Source: a virus
Virus record (IMG/VR): IMGVR_UViG_3300045988_166695
Location: 1 to 58,545 of that record
Length of the DNA stretch: 58,545 nt
Direction: 5' to 3' (one strand)
Part shown: positions 53,964 to 58,545 of the stretch, one piece after another
Numbering within the stretch: position 1 is the stretch's first letter
How the letters are laid out: each line of letters opens with the position of its first letter
Program-made: the position numbers and the translations under genes
The notes under the pieces: model-generated
What the model saw: the letters and a program-made list of their open reading frames with translations, nothing else
Database searches by the model: none
What the model was told of the DNA's origin: nothing

Positions 53964-54326
53964 TTTTCTTGTAGTTATTAATTAAAGTTCCCGTGACCGT
54001 TCCGATGTTTGGCCTTACAACCTCTTTAGAGGCACGGGATATATTGTCGATATGCGTGTCGGTCGCCTAATCCGTCATTACTTACTCCTCAAAGACTATG
54101 GATACATATCTGCTAATCGTTATACATTGTACAGCTCGCAGGCCCCAACCTGCTTATGTACGTTAAGCTGAGTCAGTCACTCCAATAAGCTGTAACCCTT
54201 AAAGGAGGCTTTCACAAGATGTAAAAGATCTATTTTCTGTGTTCCCAGCCTCCCTTCAAGGGCAGGCTCAATGACCGGACTGGGTGCCGAACAACCGGCA
54301 GTTTTGATTTGACTTTAGGGTGAAGA
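53964..54326 (-). ncRNA. ORF-free, G+C-enriched, helix-rich region (structured RNA candidate; strand inferred from context)
   Basis: Several GC helices are present, for example 53990..53995/54033..54038, 54138..54153, 54247..54268 and 54285..54300. No ORF of 60 aa or more occurs on either strand. Confidence 0.4.
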
Positions 54327-54524
54327 TTAAGGCTTTGCCGAAATAATATTGGCGATGGTACCGATGGACTTAATAGCCTCTATCAGTTCCGATTTCTTGG
54401 AATCCGCTGTTGTCCACAATGATTCATACATTGCTTTGTCCTTTTTCAATTGTTGGTTCTCCTCTTCCAACTTCTCCACTTTTTCTTCAAGAAGTTCAAT
54501 CTGTGATTTCTTTAAATCTTCCAT
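54327..54524 (-). CDS. Hypothetical coiled-coil protein
   Basis: 65-aa ORF. Confidence 0.5.
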   Translation of the reverse strand: MEDLKKSQIELLEEKVEKLEEENQQLKKDKAMYESLWTTADSKKSELIEAIKSIGTIANIISAKP

Positions 54525-54545
54525 ATCGATTTATTATTAATTTGA

Positions 54546-54821
54546 TTATCTTGATACATACCCCATTGTCAGATTACCCAGTGGATCACTGTACAAATCT
54601 GAGATAGAGAGATTCTTGTTCGGGAAAAGTGGTTTTCCACTTTCTATAAATTCTTTTTCAGATTTATATTCATCCATATTTAAACGAGCATCTACCCATG
54701 ACATTTTTAGTGATGATTTCAGAGAATATCCGTAGTTGCGGACATACACCCAAGCTCTCTGCATGATCGCTTTCATGTTATATTTGCCATTTATTACTAA
54801 CTTATAATCTCTTTTCTTCAT
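54546..54821 (-). CDS. Hypothetical protein (N-terminal module paralogous to 19406..19744)
   Basis: RAWVYVRNYGYSLKSSLKMSWVDARL compares with LAWQFVRKNGYTMSEAMKVAWANYKL. Confidence 0.55.
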   Translation of the reverse strand: MKKRDYKLVINGKYNMKAIMQRAWVYVRNYGYSLKSSLKMSWVDARLNMDEYKSEKEFIESGKPLFPNKNLSISDLYSDPLGNLTMGYVSR

Positions 54822-54888
54822 AACTTTTTGTCTTTTAATACGTTTAGACTATTTATATCTAAAAATCTTTTCTTTATCTTTGTATCGG

Positions 54889-54902
54889 TGATTACGTTAT
54901 CA
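54889..54902. promoter_or_regulatory. Near-palindromic operator-like box TGATTACGTTATCA, copy 1
   Basis: An identical 14-mer lies at 55346..55359. Confidence 0.45.
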
Positions 54903-54903
54903 C

Positions 54904-54922
54904 CTTATTGATGATGCAAAGA
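54904..54922. repeat. Left arm of a perfect 19-bp inverted repeat (CTTATTGATGATGCAAAGA)
   Basis: It is the exact reverse complement of 55300..55318. Confidence 0.9.
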
Positions 54923-54924
54923 TA
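54917..54924 (-). promoter_or_regulatory. Leftward -7 box TATCTTTG (early-left promoter candidate)
   Basis: It matches TAnnTTTG on the minus strand, upstream of 54546..54821. Confidence 0.45.
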
Positions 54925-54938
54925 CTACTAATTAGTAG
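54925..54938. promoter_or_regulatory. 14-bp perfect palindrome CTACTAATTAGTAG (operator candidate)
   Basis: It lies immediately upstream of the leftward -7 box. Confidence 0.4.
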
Positions 54939-54990
54939 CATTGCAAACCAAACAGTATTAAAAATTATACTATTTAGTATTATTAACGTT

Positions 54991-55317
54991 ATGACTATCA
55001 ACGAAAGATTTGCTGAAATACTTAAATCAAAGAATATCAGCGTAAAAGACACTGCATCCTTAATAGGTAAGTCAGAGGTATATGTGCGTAAGTTAATGCG
55101 TGCTGGTGAAAGTTTCGGCATAGAACCAGTACTTCTTATACTAAATAGTATAGAAGATGTAAATCCCGATTGGTTGTTAAGGGAAAAAGGTACTATGTTC
55201 AGAAAACAATCCGAGATGGAAGAATCATCCCCTATCACCAACGAACGCCTGCTTTCTATCATCGAGAGCCAGCAGAGAACCATTGAGAACCTTTCAAACT
55301 CTTTGCATCATCAATAA
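54991..55317 (+). CDS. CI-type phage repressor-like HTH protein
   Basis: FAEILKSKNISVKDTASLIGKSEVYVRKLM ... NPDWLLREKGTMF, the Phage_CI_repr signature. Confidence 0.8.
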   Translation: MTINERFAEILKSKNISVKDTASLIGKSEVYVRKLMRAGESFGIEPVLLILNSIEDVNPDWLLREKGTMFRKQSEMEESSPITNERLLSIIESQQRTIENLSNSLHHQ

Positions 55318-55318
55318 G
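55300..55318. repeat. Right arm of the perfect 19-bp inverted repeat (TCTTTGCATCATCAATAAG)
   Basis: It covers the last six codons (SLHHQ plus the stop) of 54991..55317. Confidence 0.9.
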
Positions 55319-55345
55319 TCAAAGAACGAATAACTTTTATATCAA

Positions 55346-55359
55346 TGATTACGTTATCA
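55346..55359. promoter_or_regulatory. Operator-like box TGATTACGTTATCA, copy 2
   Basis: Identical to 54889..54902. Confidence 0.45.
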
Positions 55360-55373
55360 TTGTTTCGATGATG

Positions 55374-55381
55374 CAAATATA
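55374..55381 (-). promoter_or_regulatory. Second leftward -7 box TATATTTG, facing the 3' end of the repressor gene
   Basis: It is part of a 39-bp direct repeat of 54889..54927 located at 55346..55384. Confidence 0.4.
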
Positions 55382-55390
55382 CTAATTTGA

Positions 55391-55437
55391 TTGTAATTAC
55401 AAACACAACATACAATCAATGTTTGTAATACAAACAT
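55391..55437. promoter_or_regulatory. Two TTGTAAT..ACAA palindromes (operator candidates)
   Basis: TTGTAATTACAA (55391..55402) and the 9-1-9 palindrome ATGTTTGTAATACAAACAT (55419..55437). Confidence 0.45.
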
Positions 55438-55471
55438 TATTTAACTATTAGAGTAGTTTATACCTTATTAT

Positions 55472-56086
55472 ATGAAGAAGAAAGAAAACAAACATGAAAA
55501 TAGGATAGTGCGGATAGCGCTTGGATTGAGTGCCATTGCAATAATAGTAAGCATCATTGCAATCTGCATTGCGTGCCCTCATGTTCCAGAATTAGGCTTT
55601 GATTATCAAGGAGTAATAGTGGGTATATTAGCACTATTAGTAACTATGCTAATTGGTTGGAATATCTTCTCTATTATTGATATAAGAAAAATAAGAGATG
55701 AATTATTGACTACAAAGGTTAGCTCTGTATTCAATGCCGAAAAGAATAATGCAATAACATGTCATGCTGTATCTGATTATTATTATCATGTGCTATTAAA
55801 ATCAGACCCTTTAGGTATTGAGTATCAATTTCTTTATTACAGAATAAGTGAATTATTTCATGTGTCAAATATAGGAGACACAGAAACTTGTAATGTAATA
55901 GTTAAGGTTTTATTGGAAATAATTAAATCGCCCGAAGATATACATATCCTGCAAAGCTGCAAGGATAAACTTATAGGATTATTGTCAATGGTTAATGAAA
56001 AAGAGAAAATAATAAAGTACAATGAATTAATGTCAGTTATTGCAAGACTGGGTACTAAGCCACGTGACAATAGTGACAATAAATAG
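55472..56086 (+). CDS. Two-TM membrane protein in the immunity region (superinfection-exclusion/Abi candidate)
   Basis: The TM segments are IALGLSAIAIIVSIIAICIA and VIVGILALLVTMLIGWNIFSII. No family recognised. Confidence 0.5.
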   Translation: MKKKENKHENRIVRIALGLSAIAIIVSIIAICIACPHVPELGFDYQGVIVGILALLVTMLIGWNIFSIIDIRKIRDELLTTKVSSVFNAEKNNAITCHAVSDYYYHVLLKSDPLGIEYQFLYYRISELFHVSNIGDTETCNVIVKVLLEIIKSPEDIHILQSCKDKLIGLLSMVNEKEKIIKYNELMSVIARLGTKPRDNSDNK

Positions 56087-56275
56087 CCTTAAAATAAGCA
56101 TCTGCATATTCATCTGCAGTTCGTTCAGAGAGAGGTACCATAGTAATAAAGTAAAGCGATCAACTCCAAAGTTGCGGTTTGAAGCTTAGTCGCATATATA
56201 GTCCCTTATGGGAACAGTTAAACATATTAGTTGGTATCATCCGCAACTTGATAACCATACAAACATACTATTAAA

Positions 56276-56291
56276 GTTTGTAATAACAAAC
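56276..56291. promoter_or_regulatory. Third TTGTAAT..ACAA box (GTTTGTAATAACAAAC)
   Basis: It lies 5 nt upstream of the ATG at 56296. Confidence 0.4.
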
Positions 56292-56295
56292 ATTT

Positions 56296-56817
56296 ATGGC
56301 AAGAATTATTCAAAACTTAGAAGAATTACCATTTGAAAATAGAAAAATATATAATTTGGTAATAAAACAAAGTGAAGGGAACATAAAAGCGTTCTCTGAA
56401 CTAATAGGTGTGTCACAGCAAGTATTAGACAGAATATTTAGAATCGATAAAAGAACTAATAAGTATCCATCTGTATCTTATAGTATAAAACAAGCTATAA
56501 AAAACAAATTTGCAGTAGATGATACATGGTTTGTATTAGCAGAAGATGAAGATTGCCAACAAAGTACATCAACCCCCAAAGAAAGTTTGCAATACGAAGC
56601 CCCTACCTTCAATGAAATGCTTCGGGTTATAACTCTTCTGTCCGAACAAGGAAAAGAAAACTCTGAAGCAAACAAAATCAATGCAGAAGCGAATAAGATC
56701 AACGCAGAAGCAAATGAAAGAAATAGCAAGAACATGGAAAAGATGGTGAACATGTTAGAAAGAATGATTGGCAAAGAAAACACACCTATGGAAGAGCATA
56801 AAAAGGGAAGAGCATAA
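56296..56817 (+). CDS. HTH regulator with an EANKINA repeat tail
   Basis: IKAFSELIGVSQQVLDRIF ... DDTWFV. A 21-bp x3 repeat lies at 56665..56727. Confidence 0.65.
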   Translation: MARIIQNLEELPFENRKIYNLVIKQSEGNIKAFSELIGVSQQVLDRIFRIDKRTNKYPSVSYSIKQAIKNKFAVDDTWFVLAEDEDCQQSTSTPKESLQYEAPTFNEMLRVITLLSEQGKENSEANKINAEANKINAEANERNSKNMEKMVNMLERMIGKENTPMEEHKKGRA

Positions 56818-56919
56818 AAACAGAATATTTATAATATGTTACAAAACATATAACAAAACCCGAAGTTTTCAAAAACAAATAAACATCCATATATGTTGAA
56901 AAAAGAAATTTGACTAATT

Positions 56920-57096
56920 ATGGATAATTCATTTCAAGAAAGATTTAATGAGATTCTAAGAATCGCAAGTGAGCTATATCCTCCGTCAAACAAGAGGACT
57001 ATGCAAGTTATAAAATGCAAACGCAACAAATCCAGTGCTCCGTTTGATCTTAAAAGTCTAAACATAGACTTAATTAGCAAATTTCATAAGACATAA
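56920..57096 (+). CDS. Small hypothetical protein (58 aa), upstream of int
   Basis: MDNSFQERFNEILRIASELYPPSNKRTMQVIKCKRNKSSAPFDLKSLNIDLISKFHKT. Confidence 0.3.
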   Translation: MDNSFQERFNEILRIASELYPPSNKRTMQVIKCKRNKSSAPFDLKSLNIDLISKFHKT

Positions 57097-57114
57097 AACC
57101 AATAAAACAGTAGG

Positions 57115-57137
57115 ATAAGCCGATCTTATCGGCTTAT
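57115..57137 (+). terminator. Hairpin ATAAGCCGAT/ATCGGCTTAT
   Basis: A 9-10-bp stem followed by a short T-run. Confidence 0.4.
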
Positions 57138-57165
57138 TTAGTATCAATAATATCAAGGTAATTTT

Positions 57166-58434
57166 ATGAATATCAAAAGAAATTGCATATTCTTACTCGA
57201 TAAAGAGAAGGATAAAACAGACGCCAAACTTCGGTATCGAATCAAATGGGAGACAAATACAGTCGCATTCAATGTTGGATATAGGATTGATATAGACAAG
57301 TGGATTCCGGAAGCCCAAAGATGCAAAAATAATACAACTCACGGCAAAAAAAGGATTCATTCCTCTTACATAAACAGTGAGATACAAAGATACGAACAAA
57401 CTATGAATGAAGTGTTCTGCATATTTGAGCAAAAGGGATTATCACCAAACCAAGAAGAGTTTAAAGAATTATTTAATGAAAAAATAGGAAAAGATAAAAA
57501 GCCTCAAAAGAGCATCTTTGAGTATTATCAAGATTTTATGATTGATCAGGGAAGAGAAAACCAATGGACAGAGGCAACATATAAGGAACATACCACAATC
57601 AAAAGACATTTATTAAAGTTTGCCCCTAAACTTGAATTTTCAGACTTTACAGAGAAAGGATTATCTTTATTTGTAGAATATATGCAGAATGTAAGAATCA
57701 ACTCTAAGAAAACAGGTATGAAGAATACGACAGTAAGAAAGAACCTGGATAATCTTAAATGGTTTTTGCGTTGGGCCTCAGAAAAAGGATACAATACAGA
57801 AATGGCATTCATGTCTTATCAACCAAAGTTGAAAACGGTCAAAAACAAAATCCTCTTTTTAACCTGGGAGGAACTAATTACTATGTATAATTTCGACCTA
57901 TCAAACAATGATACTTTAGAAAAAGTGAGAGACGTATTTTGTTTCTGCTGCTTTACCTCATTAAGATATTCTGATGTGGCACATCTGAGGCGATCTGACG
58001 TGTTTGATTCATATATCCAGATAACCACAATAAAAACTTATGAAAACCTCAAAATAGAGCTAAATGACCGATCTAAATCTATCCTTAATAAATATCGTAA
58101 TGCTAAGCTATCTAATGATTTAGCTCTTCCCGTTATTTCAAATCAAAAGATGAATGAATATATAAAAGAAATAGGAAGAATATGCAATATCAATACTCCT
58201 ATTACAGTCATATATTATAAAGGAGGAAACAGAATAGAAGAAATACGTCCGAAACATGAATTGATAAGTACACATTGCGCAAGGCGGACATTTATCAGCA
58301 ATGCAATAATGATGGGGATTCCTCCTGAAATCGTAATGAAGTGGACGGGGCATGAAGACTACAAAGCAATGAAACCCTATATTGACATAGCAGATCAAGC
58401 AAAAAAAGACGCAATGAAACTATTCAATAAATAA
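57166..58434 (+). CDS. int: Tyrosine recombinase (Bacteroides-type phage integrase)
   Basis: N-terminal SAM-like and core-binding regions are present. The C-terminus HCARRTFISNAIMMGIPPEIVMKWTGHEDYKAMKPY carries the R/H/R/Y catalytic pattern. Confidence 0.9.
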   Translation: MNIKRNCIFLLDKEKDKTDAKLRYRIKWETNTVAFNVGYRIDIDKWIPEAQRCKNNTTHGKKRIHSSYINSEIQRYEQTMNEVFCIFEQKGLSPNQEEFKELFNEKIGKDKKPQKSIFEYYQDFMIDQGRENQWTEATYKEHTTIKRHLLKFAPKLEFSDFTEKGLSLFVEYMQNVRINSKKTGMKNTTVRKNLDNLKWFLRWASEKGYNTEMAFMSYQPKLKTVKNKILFLTWEELITMYNFDLSNNDTLEKVRDVFCFCCFTSLRYSDVAHLRRSDVFDSYIQITTIKTYENLKIELNDRSKSILNKYRNAKLSNDLALPVISNQKMNEYIKEIGRICNINTPITVIYYKGGNRIEEIRPKHELISTHCARRTFISNAIMMGIPPEIVMKWTGHEDYKAMKPYIDIADQAKKDAMKLFNK

Positions 58435-58471
58435 CACGTAATATACAAAAAGAGAGTATATATAAAGAAAA

Positions 58472-58486
58472 AGTCCCTATTTTAGT
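58472..58486 (+). promoter_or_regulatory. AGTCCCTATTTTAGT repeat, copy 2
   Basis: Identical to 120..134. Confidence 0.3.
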
Positions 58487-58524
58487 ACACAACTAAGATA
58501 AGGACTTGATAATCAGAACACTTT

Positions 58525-58545
58525 GTAGTGGGTACGAGAATCGAA
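58525..58545. repeat. Terminal 21-bp direct repeat, copy 2
   Basis: Identical to 1..21. Confidence 0.8.

Noticed and set aside
54900-55283. 127-aa minus-strand ORF overlapping the repressor gene
   Set aside because: The plus-strand product has a clear CI-type HTH and the NPDWLL motif. The minus-strand product is Ser/Ile/Leu-rich antisense noise. A leftward promoter does face this region, so an antisense RNA remains possible, but not this protein.
1-58545. rRNA genes, CRISPR-Cas loci, transposase/IS elements
   Set aside because: None recognised. The only mobile elements seen are the intein and the free-standing HNH endonuclease.

Overview
The window looks like a complete temperate siphovirus-type phage or prophage of about 58.5 kb from a Bacteroidales host. 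Host clues are a Bacteroides-type tyrosine integrase, TAnnTTTG -7 promoter boxes, a DUF3127-type SSB, a DUF4373-type replication protein and mostly SD-less starts. The first and last 21 nt are identical, which fits either an att core or a circular-assembly overlap. Nearly all genes are on the minus strand. Read in the transcription direction (high to low coordinates), the layout is as follows. An immunity and integration region with plus-strand genes lies at 54.9-58.4 kb. An ORF-poor structured region lies at 53.5-54.3 kb. Early, replication and recombination genes lie at 36.6-53.5 kb: Sak4-like ATPase, PD-(D/E)XK nuclease, SSB, HNH endonuclease, NinB-like, NinG-like, an intein-containing SF2 helicase, DUF4373, a serine recombinase and a MutS-domain-I-only protein. 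Packaging and head genes lie at 28-36 kb. The tail genes include a G/GT frameshift and a tape measure at 23.5-28.8 kb. An 8.3-kb AT-rich accessory island at 15.2-23.4 kb splits the tail module. Dit, a 2021-aa collagen-repeat tail fibre, holin, amidase and end-of-prophage cargo lie at 0.4-15.1 kb. The most interesting items are these. (1) A five-gene HEPN + SecB-like chaperone cassette in the island, a candidate chaperone-dependent toxin or defence module. (2) A perfect 19-bp inverted repeat bracketing the CI-type repressor gene and a promoter, in a phage that also carries an invertase-type serine recombinase; this is a candidate invertible switch. (3) An ORF-free G+C-rich structured region plus two non-canonical tRNA-like elements. 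(4) Two families of conserved intergenic motifs. (5) A helicase P-loop intein with a leftover intein-free 5' gene fragment. All assignments come from reading the sequence and the supplied translations by eye. No searches were run.
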